NCBI GenBank assembly: GCA_029215985.1
Contig: JAEMVC010000008.1
Coordinates: forward strand, 14,997-78,996
Length of the DNA stretch: 64,000 nt
From: Sulfurimonas sp. SAG-AH-194-C21
Lineage (GTDB): Bacteria > Campylobacterota > Campylobacteria > Campylobacterales > Sulfurimonadaceae
Direction of reading: 5' to 3'
Shown: piece after piece, positions 1-10,513 of the stretch
How the letters are laid out: each line of letters begins with the position of its first letter
Numbering within the stretch: the stretch's first letter is position 1
Position numbers and translations under genes: made by a program
The notes under the pieces: model-generated
Told to the model about the DNA's origin: nothing
Seen by the model: the letters and a program-made list of their open reading frames with translations, nothing else
The model's database searches: none

Positions 1-1269
1 ATCATAAAAAAAGTCTCGCCGCTGACAAAGATAATTTTAGGTGGTCCAGAAGTTACTTATGAGCCATTTCGGGTAAATCTTAATGATGCAGACTACATCA
101 TTCAAGGTGAAGGCGATACTGCTTTTTATGCATTATGCAGAGATATACAAAACGGTACTGCAAATGAACGCATTATCAAAATGACCCTACCTAAACTCAA
201 AGAGCTCAAACTCCCATATGAGTACTATACAGATGATGATATAAAAAATCGTTATATTTATGTAGAGATATCTCGTGGCTGTCCTTTTGAGTGTGAGTTT
301 TGTCTCTCTTCCATGGATGAAAAAGTAAGAGCCTTTAACCTAGAAGAGATATTAGAAGAGTTTGAAAAGCTTTGGGCTAGAGGTGCTAGGAACTTCAAGT
401 TCGTAGATAGAACTTTTAACTTAAACATAAAAGCAGCAAACGCCATACTTGACTTCTTTTTAAGTAAAGAAGCTCCCTATTTTGCACATTTTGAAGTTAT
501 TCCTGACCATTTTCCTGAGTCTCTACGCTCAAAAATAAAGCAGTTTCCTAATGGAGCGCTACAACTTGAAATCGGGATACAAACCCTTAACCTTGAAGTT
601 GCTAAAAATGTCTCGCGTATACTCAAACTAGACAAGATAAAAGAGAATGTTGCCTTTTTAGAAAATGAAACAACTGCACATATTCACCTTGACCTTATCG
701 TTGGACTTCCTGGTGAATCTTTGGAGAGTTTCGGAGCTAACCTCGATGCACTTATGGACATGAGTTCATGTGAAATACAGATAGGTATACTCAAAAAGCT
801 CTCAGGAACTTACATCAAACGCCATGATGAAGACTTTTCTATGGTTTATAGTGACATCCCTCCCTATGACATTTTAAGAAATAGTGAGCTTTCTTTTAAT
901 GATATTCAGATTATGAAACGCTTTGCACGGTTTTGGGATTTGACATATAACAGCGGAAATTTCAAAAAATCCATACACCTCTTATGGGAAAATGAATCTG
1001 TCTATAAAAACTTTTATGCTTTTGGTTTATGGATGTATGAGCAAACAGACTCTACATGGAAAATCTCTTTGCAGCGTTTAGGTGAGCTTTTTTTTGGCTA
1101 TTTGAGTGAGGTCAAAGGACTTGATAAACAGCAGATAGCGGACTCAATGCTTTTAGATATGATGAAATTAAAAGGTCGTGCTATACCTCTATATCTCAAG
1201 CCTTTTGCAACAGACTTTATACACAATGCTAAAAGTGGTACTGCAGGATTTAACAAACGTCAGGCTTAA
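1..1269 (+). CDS. B12-binding radical SAM protein (DUF4080-type C-terminus), 5'-truncated by the window
   Basis: Frame is open from base 1 (IIKKVSPLTKIILGGPEV...QGEGD); CxxxCxxC motif SRGCPFECEFC; HLDLIVGLPGE. Confidence 0.85.
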   Translation: MIKKVSPLTKIILGGPEVTYEPFRVNLNDADYIIQGEGDTAFYALCRDIQNGTANERIIKMTLPKLKELKLPYEYYTDDDIKNRYIYVEISRGCPFECEFCLSSMDEKVRAFNLEEILEEFEKLWARGARNFKFVDRTFNLNIKAANAILDFFLSKEAPYFAHFEVIPDHFPESLRSKIKQFPNGALQLEIGIQTLNLEVAKNVSRILKLDKIKENVAFLENETTAHIHLDLIVGLPGESLESFGANLDALMDMSSCEIQIGILKKLSGTYIKRHDEDFSMVYSDIPPYDILRNSELSFNDIQIMKRFARFWDLTYNSGNFKKSIHLLWENESVYKNFYAFGLWMYEQTDSTWKISLQRLGELFFGYLSEVKGLDKQQIADSMLLDMMKLKGRAIPLYLKPFATDFIHNAKSGTAGFNKRQA

Positions 1270-1706
1270 AAACCTCGTGAATCCAAACCCTTTGTGATAA
1301 AGTCATTTATCTCACGTTTATAGTCTTCATTTCTTTTTTCTAACTCTCGATTAAATTTTAAAATTATATCTTTGTTTGTATTTGGATGACGGCATATTCT
1401 TAAAAGTAACTCTCCATAAATATTAAAATCTGGATGCGAACGAATGCCTAATTTAGGGTGAATTGTCCCATGATACTTCATTACTAAGTCTAAGGCAGAG
1501 GATAACTCTTGCGCTAAAGATTGTTTGTTTTTGATAATTTGGAGTAAGTCATCTAAACTTTTGTAGTCTCCAATACGAGGTTCTACAGTTTTAACTGAGG
1601 ATTCTCCTAGCTTCTTTTTTTTTGGTGCATAAAATAAAAAAGCGGTTAAAAGCATCAAAAGTACTATCAGCCCAGCAAAGGATTTTACAAGAAGTGTTAT
1701 CTCCAT
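1266..1706 (-). CDS. Hypothetical membrane-anchored protein
   Basis: 146-aa ORF, N-terminal TM helix, overlaps the stop of the upstream cti gene. Confidence 0.7.
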   Translation of the reverse strand: MEITLLVKSFAGLIVLLMLLTAFLFYAPKKKKLGESSVKTVEPRIGDYKSLDDLLQIIKNKQSLAQELSSALDLVMKYHGTIHPKLGIRSHPDFNIYGELLLRICRHPNTNKDIILKFNRELEKRNEDYKREINDFITKGLDSRGF

Positions 1707-4075
1707 TACGGTTTATCCCAGTATTGACGGGCATAACGATTTAAGTCTAAAAGGCCTGCATTTATTGGGTCTTTTTTTAACTGTTCTTTTGTAAACCAAT
1801 CAAATATCTTCCAAAAATCTTTATCACTTCTACTTATAAAATACTTTCGTAGTCTTTTAAAGTCCTCTTGTGTTCCCTTCATATTTTTTATAAGCCGTAA
1901 AAAATCCCCTAAATCATCTAGCTTCACTACCACAAACACATTAGGATAAGAACTTACTTGCCCCTTTATAACATCCATAGTATCTTTGTCTGCATTTAAT
2001 ACACTCTCGCCATTAAACAAAGAATTCACATTGTCATGCCATCTATTAATCACTAAGTTTCTTGTTATAAAAGTGCCATCAGGCATATCTAGTCGTAAAA
2101 ATATATTGTTTGCTTGAGAATCTGTCATATACTTGATAAAACCCGAACCCGCTTGTGTAATAGATTTTACACCCTCTAAAAAATCTTCCCTAGAGTGAAA
2201 CACTTTTGGCATTACAGGTGGAGTATCACCTGTTTTAGTATAGTTCACATAGTCAAACTTAATCCCTGTACTCTTTAAAATATGCTCATTCACTACTTTT
2301 GTTATAAACTCTCGTTTTGGTGTATCGCTAGTATACACTATTGCTGTTGGCTCATACAGTGACTTTAATTTTTTAACTCTATCCGCATTAAAACTACCTA
2401 TATACCAAGACTGTAGCATTGTAAATCGTTTTTTTTGTGGCATATAATTTATAAAGTTTAACTCGCCCTCCATTCGTAAAAAATCCATATATCTACGAAT
2501 GCGTGTTTGATGTGAAATATTTCCATAAATATTAAAACCAGCGACAAGTGTATAGTAGATTTTTTCTAACTGTGCAAAGTCCATAACCCACATAGTTCGT
2601 GGTTCTTCGCCTAAAACACCCTTGTGTACAGAGGCACTGTCAAAATGTCTATATATCGTCAGTAACGGTGTATCTAGACTACTATTACCCTTCCAAATAC
2701 TATCCAGTGCTTCACCTTTAGGATATACTTTTTGAGAGAGTGCCTCTTTTGCATCAAAATATTTTACATATCTGTTTTTATAATCATCACTAAAAGTAGA
2801 AAAAAGACTTTTGTTCACATTGTGAATTGGTAATGCTAAATTATTTCTTTGGGAATCTAAAAATTCGGGATGAGTGACCGTAATATCATACTTAGGGTCT
2901 TTAAACATTACCCAAAAATGGTCATGAATCACACTTAATGCAATTTGACCACGACATACTGGACCACGAATAAAATTTCTAATAATATACTCAGAATTAT
3001 CTAGTAAAAACTTATAACGAGAGTCGGCTGGTATCTGTGCATATGCTAACAATGGATTTGCGGTAACCTCAATATCATATGAAATCAGCTCAGGTTCACT
3101 CATCCATTTTACTTGGATGAACAACTCGTTAAATCGAGATAAGACTCTATCATCAAACTTTAAAGTCATATGTGTCTTATGTACAATTGTTGAACGAATT
3201 TTATCTAACCTATAGTAAAAAGTATCGACAAGTGGATCATCAAAAACCCTAACAGTAGGAATAACCTCAATAGGGTATCCAGGAGGAGTGTAGGAGCGAA
3301 CTAATTCAAAAAACTCTCTATCTGAATTTTCAAAATAGATATGTCCAAGATAAAGGTGCTCATACAGATATCGTGCTGTTACCTGATGTTTTACATCACT
3401 TTCATTAAAAAAAGTTTCCCATTTTTGTATCTCTTTAGTTGCATGTTTGGAGGGTCTCTCTAAGACTTCTACTTCTTCAGTGCTTGGACCTTTTGCCCCT
3501 TGTTGTAGCCACTGTGCTAAAGTAAGGTACTCTTTTTTTTCTAATGCAGGAAGACCATAAGGCATTCCATGATTTGGTTTGTCTTCTAGGTACTCACCTA
3601 ACTCTTCTTTGTTTCTCGGACAGAGTAAGGCATCAGTTTCAGGTGAGTAGTCCCCTATAAGCTCAGGATGTTCTTTCTTATCATAAAGTAGATGCATCAT
3701 TATAGAATCGTTATGTGTCTTATTTGAATCTTTAGAGTATGTTAAACTATAAAAACCTTTATCTCTCCAAACCTCTGTACTTTTTGCATCTACAAACAGT
3801 CTTGTAGGCTCTACTGCACTTAAACGTGTTGCATTATATACTTTTAACTTACTAGCCCCTCTATCAACTCCCTCAAAAGAACTGTATTTTGCTTGACAGG
3901 GAGAGTTATAACAAGAGTGACAAGTTACACAGCGTTTATCTAAGATAGGTTTTACATCTTTAAGATAGTCTACTTGTATCGAAGTTGCTTCGACTTTCAC
4001 AGCAGGAGGGGTAGGAGCACTACAAGCACTAAAAAAAAGTAAAAAAGAGACTAATAAAAATAGAGGTAATCGCAT
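1706..4075 (-). CDS. cti: Fatty acid cis/trans isomerase (heme c lipoprotein)
   Basis: Lipobox FSAC; RCVTCHSCYNSPCQ heme motif; ARYLYEHL, FIRGPVCRGQIA, RHFDSASV, GLLDLNRY motifs. Confidence 0.9.
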   Translation of the reverse strand: MRLPLFLLVSFLLFFSACSAPTPPAVKVEATSIQVDYLKDVKPILDKRCVTCHSCYNSPCQAKYSSFEGVDRGASKLKVYNATRLSAVEPTRLFVDAKSTEVWRDKGFYSLTYSKDSNKTHNDSIMMHLLYDKKEHPELIGDYSPETDALLCPRNKEELGEYLEDKPNHGMPYGLPALEKKEYLTLAQWLQQGAKGPSTEEVEVLERPSKHATKEIQKWETFFNESDVKHQVTARYLYEHLYLGHIYFENSDREFFELVRSYTPPGYPIEVIPTVRVFDDPLVDTFYYRLDKIRSTIVHKTHMTLKFDDRVLSRFNELFIQVKWMSEPELISYDIEVTANPLLAYAQIPADSRYKFLLDNSEYIIRNFIRGPVCRGQIALSVIHDHFWVMFKDPKYDITVTHPEFLDSQRNNLALPIHNVNKSLFSTFSDDYKNRYVKYFDAKEALSQKVYPKGEALDSIWKGNSSLDTPLLTIYRHFDSASVHKGVLGEEPRTMWVMDFAQLEKIYYTLVAGFNIYGNISHQTRIRRYMDFLRMEGELNFINYMPQKKRFTMLQSWYIGSFNADRVKKLKSLYEPTAIVYTSDTPKREFITKVVNEHILKSTGIKFDYVNYTKTGDTPPVMPKVFHSREDFLEGVKSITQAGSGFIKYMTDSQANNIFLRLDMPDGTFITRNLVINRWHDNVNSLFNGESVLNADKDTMDVIKGQVSSYPNVFVVVKLDDLGDFLRLIKNMKGTQEDFKRLRKYFISRSDKDFWKIFDWFTKEQLKKDPINAGLLDLNRYARQYWDKP

Positions 4076-4083
4076 AAAAATCC

Positions 4084-4518
4084 TTAAAAAATAAATGGTA
4101 CTAGACGTTTTGTATGTGTCATGTACACCCAGTACTCAGTACTTTGAGCCTTCCATAATGACTCTTCGTAAAAAAGTTTGAGCAAAAGTGTGCAGATAAG
4201 TAAAGAATAAGAAACAAACACAAATGTTACCGGATACAGAAGTGTCACTCCAAACATCATAGTTAAAACAGCTGTATACATTGGGTGTCTGATGTAAGCA
4301 TAAATACCCGTAGTAATTAACGAAGCATCCTCTTTTATATCAGGACGAATGTTAAAAAATCTGTTTGAATAGAGTGCTAAAACACCTACCGTGCCACCAA
4401 GCACAATCATAAGAAGTGCTAAATAAAGGTTACTCGCAGGAGTACCTAAAGGAAGTAACATAATGAGAATAAGAAAAAACTGACTAAAAACTAAACTATA
4501 CCCTTTGAAACTTTTCAC
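4084..4518 (-). CDS. Isoprenylcysteine carboxyl methyltransferase family membrane protein
   Basis: LITTGIYAYIRHPMY motif, EE..L, hydrophobic. Confidence 0.85.
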   Translation of the reverse strand: MKSFKGYSLVFSQFFLILIMLLPLGTPASNLYLALLMIVLGGTVGVLALYSNRFFNIRPDIKEDASLITTGIYAYIRHPMYTAVLTMMFGVTLLYPVTFVFVSYSLLICTLLLKLFYEESLWKAQSTEYWVYMTHTKRLVPFIF

Positions 4519-4597
4519 ATAAAACCTTTGTAATATTTTATATTATTATATCATATTAGCTATACTTTGAAGAAGACTAGAGCTCAAGGAATCCAGT

Positions 4598-5257
4598 ATG
4601 AAACAAACTTATATCATAGTTACACTCTTAACACTAGTACTTTGCTCAAGTATTTTTGCGAAAGATTTGGCTTTAGAACAAGAAGCACAAAAGTATAAAA
4701 CGCTTGAATCCTTATGTATAAAGTCTAAAGAATGGTCTATATTAAGTCTTATGATTATATGGTCTGCTGATAAAAATAGATGTGTTTTTACTCAAAATCC
4801 ACTCACACAAAATGCAGCTAAACGATATGCCGCCTTAGCACCCTATGTTTTTGCAAACTTACATCCAAAAAACAATTTTTTTCAGCTTGATGGTTTTATC
4901 GATTATTCATATGATGTAAGTAAAGATGGAAAATATACAATTAGCCTCCACAATAGAGACATCACAGAAAATGAATTACATCGTATTATCAAAGACTTTA
5001 ATACAAAATACACAAGAGTAGGGTTTAAGACTACAAAAAAGCTGCGAAATCTAGAAAACCCTCAAACAGCAGCCTGTATTGCAGAGGATATAATCAATAC
5101 TTCTCAGCCTAAGTTAGCACAAAAAAGGATAGAAACCCGTATATCTGAGACTATTACATACAAAAATGATAAAGATACTATTATATTTAAGACAGATACA
5201 AAGACTAGTGATATTGAGACTATTATAAGTGTAAGTATTACTTACTCGACAAAGTAA
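4598..5257 (+). CDS. Hypothetical secreted protein
   Basis: 219 aa, signal peptide, AAGGA RBS; converges on the tRNA 3' end. Confidence 0.65.
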   Translation: MKQTYIIVTLLTLVLCSSIFAKDLALEQEAQKYKTLESLCIKSKEWSILSLMIIWSADKNRCVFTQNPLTQNAAKRYAALAPYVFANLHPKNNFFQLDGFIDYSYDVSKDGKYTISLHNRDITENELHRIIKDFNTKYTRVGFKTTKKLRNLENPQTAACIAEDIINTSQPKLAQKRIETRISETITYKNDKDTIIFKTDTKTSDIETIISVSITYSTK

Positions 5258-5276
5258 GTCTATTAAAGAAGGGTAA

Positions 5277-5364
5277 TGGTGGTCCCGGTGAGATTCGAAC
5301 TCACGGTAGATTGCTCTACACAACCTTTCCAAGGTTGCACCATCGGCCACTCGGACACGGAACC
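5277..5364 (-). tRNA. tRNA-Ser (GGA)
   Basis: Reverse complement GGTTCCG...CAACC-TTGGAAA-GGTTG anticodon arm, long variable arm, TTCGAAT T-loop, 3' CCA. Confidence 0.95.
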
Positions 5365-5385
5365 ATTTATGTGAAGAGTGACATT

Positions 5386-5961
5386 TTAGCCAAGCTTATA
5401 TTTAACCTCGCTAAAACTCATAGTATTTGTATCTAAAATGATATATGCCCCGTAAGAGACATCAAAAGAGAAAGCTTCTTCTAGACTTATAGCTTTTACT
5501 AGAGAAATCAGGACCCTTATCACTCCAGCATGTGTTACGACCAAAATATCCTGAGCTTTTTGTGTGGGTAAGAACTCTAAAAAGAAAGCTTCTATTCTCT
5601 GTATATAAGCCTCATAGTCCTCACCATCAAGTGCTCTTATCCATTGTAAAAAAGTCTCATACTCTATCTCATTTTGGGCTATTATGGCATCAAAAGTCAT
5701 ACCTTCATGCTTGCCCCATGACTTTTCTCTGAGTTTTTCAGTGTAGAATGCTTGAGCTTTTTGAGTAAAAGGAGAAAGGGTGTCTCTTGTTCGTCTAAGG
5801 TCAGAGCAAAAAATTAGGTCATATTCTTTCTCCTTAAACTCCTCGGCTAAAAGATGAGCCTGTTTTGTCCCTTTACTTGAGAGTCCTATATCTATATGCC
5901 CGTTGTAGCATTTATGATAGGAAACATCAACTTCAGTATGTCTTAGTAGTGTTATCTTCAA
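5386..5961 (-). CDS. cobC: Histidine phosphatase, alpha-ribazole phosphatase-like
   Basis: LLRH, SDLRRT, VVTHAGVIR; in operon with cobS/cobU. Confidence 0.8.
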   Translation of the reverse strand: MKITLLRHTEVDVSYHKCYNGHIDIGLSSKGTKQAHLLAEEFKEKEYDLIFCSDLRRTRDTLSPFTQKAQAFYTEKLREKSWGKHEGMTFDAIIAQNEIEYETFLQWIRALDGEDYEAYIQRIEAFFLEFLPTQKAQDILVVTHAGVIRVLISLVKAISLEEAFSFDVSYGAYIILDTNTMSFSEVKYKLG

Positions 5962-6683
5962 ACTAGTCCTACTAAAGCAACATTTAAAAGTATAAGCTCA
6001 ATGACCTCTATACTAAAACCGTAAATATCACCAGTAAATCCACCGTAGCGTTTGATAAAAAAGTTTTTGATAACAAACGTTAGAGTAATTGTTACAAACA
6101 ACAGTATCCATACCTCAAAGTATGCGACTATAGCTAAGGTGTAAATCAAAGCGAATAAAAGTTGCCATCCTTTTAATTCCTCTTTTGCTAAAGTTCCCAT
6201 CCCTGATTTACTAACATAAGGGTAAGTATATATCATAAAGACAACTGCTGCTCGCGGTAACATTAAGATAACAGGAAGAAGATACAGTAGCTCAAACACA
6301 GCTAATGAAGAGGCTTTAAGTATAAAAAATACTCCACCAAATATCATACCCATGCCACCATTATGAGGATCTTTCATCACTTCTAGTGCTCTACTTTTAT
6401 CTACAAATAGACCATCTACTGTGTCACAGTAACCATCAAGGTGTAAGCCTCCTGTAAAGAGTGCCCATAAAGCAAACACTATTATCCCTATATGAAACGA
6501 AGGCAGATAAGGGGTCAAAACAAAAGAGATAAGATAAAGGATACATCCAAGTAAAAAACCAACGAGAGGGTAAAACATAACACTATAACCGTTTATGCCC
6601 TTGTAAAATTCATGGACTCTAAAAAATGGTAGTGTTGTGAGCATAGAGATAGCCAGAGCAAAACCTTTGAGTATATTTATCAT
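5958..6683 (-). CDS. cobS: Adenosylcobinamide-GDP ribazoletransferase
   Basis: TGGLHLDGYCDTVDG, MKDPH.GG.G, GGFTGDIYG. Confidence 0.93.
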   Translation of the reverse strand: MINILKGFALAISMLTTLPFFRVHEFYKGINGYSVMFYPLVGFLLGCILYLISFVLTPYLPSFHIGIIVFALWALFTGGLHLDGYCDTVDGLFVDKSRALEVMKDPHNGGMGMIFGGVFFILKASSLAVFELLYLLPVILMLPRAAVVFMIYTYPYVSKSGMGTLAKEELKGWQLLFALIYTLAIVAYFEVWILLFVTITLTFVIKNFFIKRYGGFTGDIYGFSIEVIELILLNVALVGLV

Positions 6684-7174
6684 TTTATTTTACTACTTAT
6701 GCCCGCTACTGTATGGTAAACATTCTGACATTCACTTGCTATGAGTTGTGAGAGTTTTCCGTTTATGTTTACAAACTCTCTAACAAGCTTATTCTCAGAG
6801 ACTACACTTGAACCTACATCATTTAAAACAAACACGATGTCTTGACTAAGTGTTAGTAATTTTGTTATCTCTTCATGCATCTGCTCATAACTTTTTTGAT
6901 GATACATCATATTATTTATCCACATAGAGACACATTCTATTAACACAGGCTGATTTTTAAACTCTAAACTGCTAGTAAGAGATAAAGGTTCTTCAAGAGT
7001 GATAAAGTTATCCCCTCTTAAATTTTGATGATGTTGCACTTTTTCTCTCATCTCATCATCAAAAAATTCTGTTGTAGCCAAGTATATAGGCTTTGTTTGT
7101 GTTGTTTGGAGTATAAACTTTTCAGCATTAAAAGATTTACCACTTTTTATGCCACCTATAAATAATGTTTTCAT
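6680..7174 (-). CDS. cobU: Adenosylcobinamide kinase / phosphate guanylyltransferase
   Basis: GGIKSGKS, YLAT, EEP, NDVG, VAGI. Confidence 0.9.
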   Translation of the reverse strand: MKTLFIGGIKSGKSFNAEKFILQTTQTKPIYLATTEFFDDEMREKVQHHQNLRGDNFITLEEPLSLTSSLEFKNQPVLIECVSMWINNMMYHQKSYEQMHEEITKLLTLSQDIVFVLNDVGSSVVSENKLVREFVNINGKLSQLIASECQNVYHTVAGISSKIK

Positions 7175-7240
7175 TCACAAATTATACCAACTCTCGTCTA
7201 ATTTTGCTATGATTAGGTCATAATTTATAAAAGGTTTTAT

Positions 7241-9187
7241 ATGTTAAGCATTTCCTCATTTTTACAACTTTTAAAAGAATCCTTTCGTGATCTCTTACCT
7301 ATCATCCTTGTTATCATGTTTTTTCAACTCGCTATCATTCAAACAGTTCCTGATAACTGGTTAAGTACTGCTATAGGACTCGCTATAGTTGGTGTTGGTC
7401 TAGCAGTTTTTCTTCTTGGTCTTGAGGTAGGTATCTTTCCTGTTGGAGAAGGGCTTGCTAGTGACTTTGCAAAAAAAGGCTCAACAAAATGGATAATCAT
7501 TTTTGCTTTTATGATTGGTTTTGGAACAACAGTCGCTGAACCGGCCCTTATAGTTATCGCACAAAAAGCAGCAGGTATTAGTGCGGGACGAATAGATGCA
7601 ACTACTCTTAGAATGGTTGTCGCGTTTAGTGTTGGTTTTGCCATCGTTCTTGGTGTTTGGCGAATTATCAAAGGGCACCCTATCCACTACTACATCATCA
7701 CGGGTTATGTAATGGTTGTGAGTGCTACTATGTTTGCTCCCAAAGAGATAGTAGGTCTTGCTTATGACCTCGGTGGTGTTACTACCTCGACAGTAACGGT
7801 TCCTCTAGTTGCAGCACTTGGTATCGGTCTAGCCTCAAATATCAAAGGGAGAAATCCTGTTTTAGATGGTTTTGGACTTATCGCCTTTGCTTCACTTACT
7901 CCTATGATATTTGTACAGTTTTATGGAATTTTTGTATATGAGTATGTGGATGCAGTTGCTACAGTTGCTGTTGCAGCCCCTATCTTACCTGCTGTTCCTC
8001 ATGATATCGCTAGTACAGCTGCACAGTTTGACTTTAAGATACTCGATATTTTAAAAGGTCTCGTTAGTGTTATCATTGATGTTGTCCCTATACTTGCAGT
8101 AATCCTTTTCTTTCAGTATATCATCCTCAAAAAGCCTATTGATAACTTAAAAAATGTCGTCATCGGTTTTGGTCTTGTCATACTTGGTCTTGATGCTTTT
8201 ATCGTTGGTTTGGAGATGGGTCTTTTCTCAGTTGGTGAGACTATGGCTTATGAGCTCACTCGTTATGACAACAACTTCATCATCTACTCTTTTGGTTTTC
8301 TTATAGGATTTTCTACTACTATGGCAGAACCTTCTCTTACAGCAATCGCAAGAAAAGCCAAAGAGATTAGTGATGGTAAGATAAACGATTTTATTCTGCG
8401 TCTGTTTGTCGCACTTGGTGTTGCCATCGGTATCTCACTCGGAGCTTATCGTATCGTTGTTGGTGGTGAAATAGTTTACTATATCATGGCTGGCTATATG
8501 TTTGTTATAGCACTAACATTTATCGCACCTAAGTACATCATCCCTATTGCTTATGATAGTGGTGGGGTCACAACTTCAACTGTTACAGTTCCGCTTGTTG
8601 CAGCTCTTGGTCTTGGTCTTGCTACAAACATAGAAGGGAGAGATCCTCTTATAGATGGTTTTGGTCTTATCGCGTTTGCTTCACTTTTTCCTATGATTAC
8701 AGTTATGCTTTACGGAATTATCACAGAGAGAATTGGTGTTAAAGGTGAGCATGAAAAAGAACAACTTCACATTGATGAACTCCGTCATGCACTTGAAGAT
8801 GTACACAACATGAACCTCTCTACTATCAACATTCAAGGAACAGATAAACGCCACTCTTACGATATGCCTTTCTCGGCTGTACACATTATAGTTCCTATTG
8901 AAAAAGAAGAACAAGCTCTTATCGCAGCACGCAATGCTGGGGCGAGGGGAGTTACTATTACAAAAGCAAGGGGAATGGGTCTGGAAAAAATGGACAACTT
9001 CTTTAACCGTTTACATGAAGGGGAATCAGATTCCAACTTAATGTTTATAACGCAGAGTAAACAAGTTGATGGAATCATTAAAGCGGTAGTTGATGAACTT
9101 GACTTAACCGGAAAAGGACAAGGGATAGCATACTCTCATCCCGTGTCACACTTAAAAGGGCTTACTCTCAAACTAGATGATTTATAA
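7241..9187 (+). CDS. Tandem DUF1538 membrane domains fused to a C-terminal PII-like domain
   Basis: Two copies of T.AEP and [20 protein letters not shown]...[11 protein letters not shown]; C-terminal AGARGVT...ARGMG...G.GIAY..PV. Confidence 0.85.
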   Translation: MLSISSFLQLLKESFRDLLPIILVIMFFQLAIIQTVPDNWLSTAIGLAIVGVGLAVFLLGLEVGIFPVGEGLASDFAKKGSTKWIIIFAFMIGFGTTVAEPALIVIAQKAAGISAGRIDATTLRMVVAFSVGFAIVLGVWRIIKGHPIHYYIITGYVMVVSATMFAPKEIVGLAYDLGGVTTSTVTVPLVAALGIGLASNIKGRNPVLDGFGLIAFASLTPMIFVQFYGIFVYEYVDAVATVAVAAPILPAVPHDIASTAAQFDFKILDILKGLVSVIIDVVPILAVILFFQYIILKKPIDNLKNVVIGFGLVILGLDAFIVGLEMGLFSVGETMAYELTRYDNNFIIYSFGFLIGFSTTMAEPSLTAIARKAKEISDGKINDFILRLFVALGVAIGISLGAYRIVVGGEIVYYIMAGYMFVIALTFIAPKYIIPIAYDSGGVTTSTVTVPLVAALGLGLATNIEGRDPLIDGFGLIAFASLFPMITVMLYGIITERIGVKGEHEKEQLHIDELRHALEDVHNMNLSTINIQGTDKRHSYDMPFSAVHIIVPIEKEEQALIAARNAGARGVTITKARGMGLEKMDNFFNRLHEGESDSNLMFITQSKQVDGIIKAVVDELDLTGKGQGIAYSHPVSHLKGLTLKLDDL

Positions 9188-9188
9188 T

Positions 9189-9836
9189 CTAGAGTAGGTC
9201 CAAATAATCATATTTGCTAAAATCAAGATAAGTTTTACCATCTATTAGAGTAATTCTTTCATCTTTTTTAGCTCTTGAAGCAAAAGCTTTTTTCACTTTT
9301 TTTGTCTTTTTTTCCGAGTAATTTTTTAACTTCAAATACTTTTTTAAAGAGATAATGGACTTCTTTTTAGGGCTCTTTAGTTCTGCTATCTCTACTTCTA
9401 AAGTTTCACTTGTATCTATTATCTCAGAAGGTTTTTCTTGTAATAACATAAACTGTGAGGAGAGCGTATTTAAAATATTTTTGAGTTGTTCATCTTTTTC
9501 TTGATAAATTGCCTCTATCTTTTTTCTTTCTTCAATTAGCATAAGCTCTTTTTGGTCTCGAAGTATTCTCGTTTCACCTTCAAGTTTTTCAATTTTCCAC
9601 TGAAGCTTCTCATTTTGTTCTTGTAAAAGTTTATAGTAGCGCTCATCATTTTTTACAGCCGTTGTAACTTGGGTGACTTTTCTAGTTTGTTTAATGATTT
9701 TATCAGGATTAAGCAGTACCATTTTGATACCGTTCTCAACTACAACCTCTAACGAACCACGACGAACACGGTTATGTATAGCCTCTTTTGAAACTCCAAA
9801 ATACTCAGCAGCCTCTGCAACAGTTAACTTTTTCAT
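9189..9836 (-). CDS. HTH DNA-binding coiled-coil protein
   Basis: LTVAEAAEYFGVSKEAIHNRVRRG N-terminal HTH followed by a coiled coil. Confidence 0.8.
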   Translation of the reverse strand: MKKLTVAEAAEYFGVSKEAIHNRVRRGSLEVVVENGIKMVLLNPDKIIKQTRKVTQVTTAVKNDERYYKLLQEQNEKLQWKIEKLEGETRILRDQKELMLIEERKKIEAIYQEKDEQLKNILNTLSSQFMLLQEKPSEIIDTSETLEVEIAELKSPKKKSIISLKKYLKLKNYSEKKTKKVKKAFASRAKKDERITLIDGKTYLDFSKYDYLDLL

Positions 9837-9843
9837 TCTCTCT

Positions 9844-9853
9844 CCCCCCCCCC
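9844..9853 (-). repeat. Poly-G10 tract in the RBS region of the HTH gene
   Basis: C10 on + strand, 7 nt upstream of the ATG at 9836. Confidence 0.85.
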
Positions 9854-9858
9854 TTTTT

Positions 9859-10356
9859 TTATCTCATGTTCTCAAAAACTAAAGGTGCTTCCCAATCTCC
9901 ATCTTTAACCATCGCTATAACCTTTTGTAACTCATCAAGTTTAGCACCTTTTACACGGATACTATCGCCTTCTATCTGTGCGTTTACTTTGAGTTTCAGC
10001 TTTTTAATGTCAGCACAGATTTTTTTAGCCTCTTTAGACTCGATGTAATCAACAACTTTAAAAGTCATCTTTCTGTTTCCACCACTTGAGTCTTCAACTT
10101 TTAACTCATCTAAAACTTTTGAAGAGAGTCCTTGTTTTAAAAACTTTGCAATTACGATGTCTTTAAGTGCATCTAGTTTGTTATCAGACGAAGCGATTAA
10201 AACTAAAGTTTTTGCTTTTTCGTTGTAAGTTACTTCAAAAGTTGTACCCTTAAAGTCGTAACGGTTTGAGACTTCTCTATCTACTAAATTTATCGCATTT
10301 TTAAAATCTTGCATATCTATCTTTGCTGTTATATCAAACGAGTGCTCTTTTGCCAT
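9859..10356 (-). CDS. yajQ: YajQ family nucleotide/c-di-GMP-binding protein
   Basis: SFDI, NRYDFKG, KVNAQIEGDSIRV, FENMR. Confidence 0.92.
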   Translation of the reverse strand: MAKEHSFDITAKIDMQDFKNAINLVDREVSNRYDFKGTTFEVTYNEKAKTLVLIASSDNKLDALKDIVIAKFLKQGLSSKVLDELKVEDSSGGNRKMTFKVVDYIESKEAKKICADIKKLKLKVNAQIEGDSIRVKGAKLDELQKVIAMVKDGDWEAPLVFENMR

Positions 10357-10449
10357 TTTTATTACCTTTTTTATTTTAGTTATTATAACATACTTGTTAG
10401 TTTGCTGTTTGTTTTATATATTTGATTATCTAAAAAAGTTTTCTTTTTT

Positions 10450-10510
10450 AGCTTTAGGGGGGTATAGGGACATTCATGTCCCTGCAATTATAATGGGCTC
10501 TGCTCATTAT
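10450..10510 (+). repeat. REP-like double-hairpin element, copy 1
   Basis: AGGGACAT-TC-ATGTCCCT and ATAATGGGC-TCT-GCTCATTAT hairpins; homologous to 45722-45779 in reverse orientation. Confidence 0.7.
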
Positions 10511-10513
10511 AAT

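Noticed and set aside
1706-4075. cis/trans isomerase outside Pseudomonas/Vibrio
   Set aside because: Recognisable family member with intact motifs; nothing in the sequence suggests a new function
5114-5350. 78-aa minus-strand ORF
   Set aside because: Overlaps tRNA-Ser and the opposite-strand CDS; spurious
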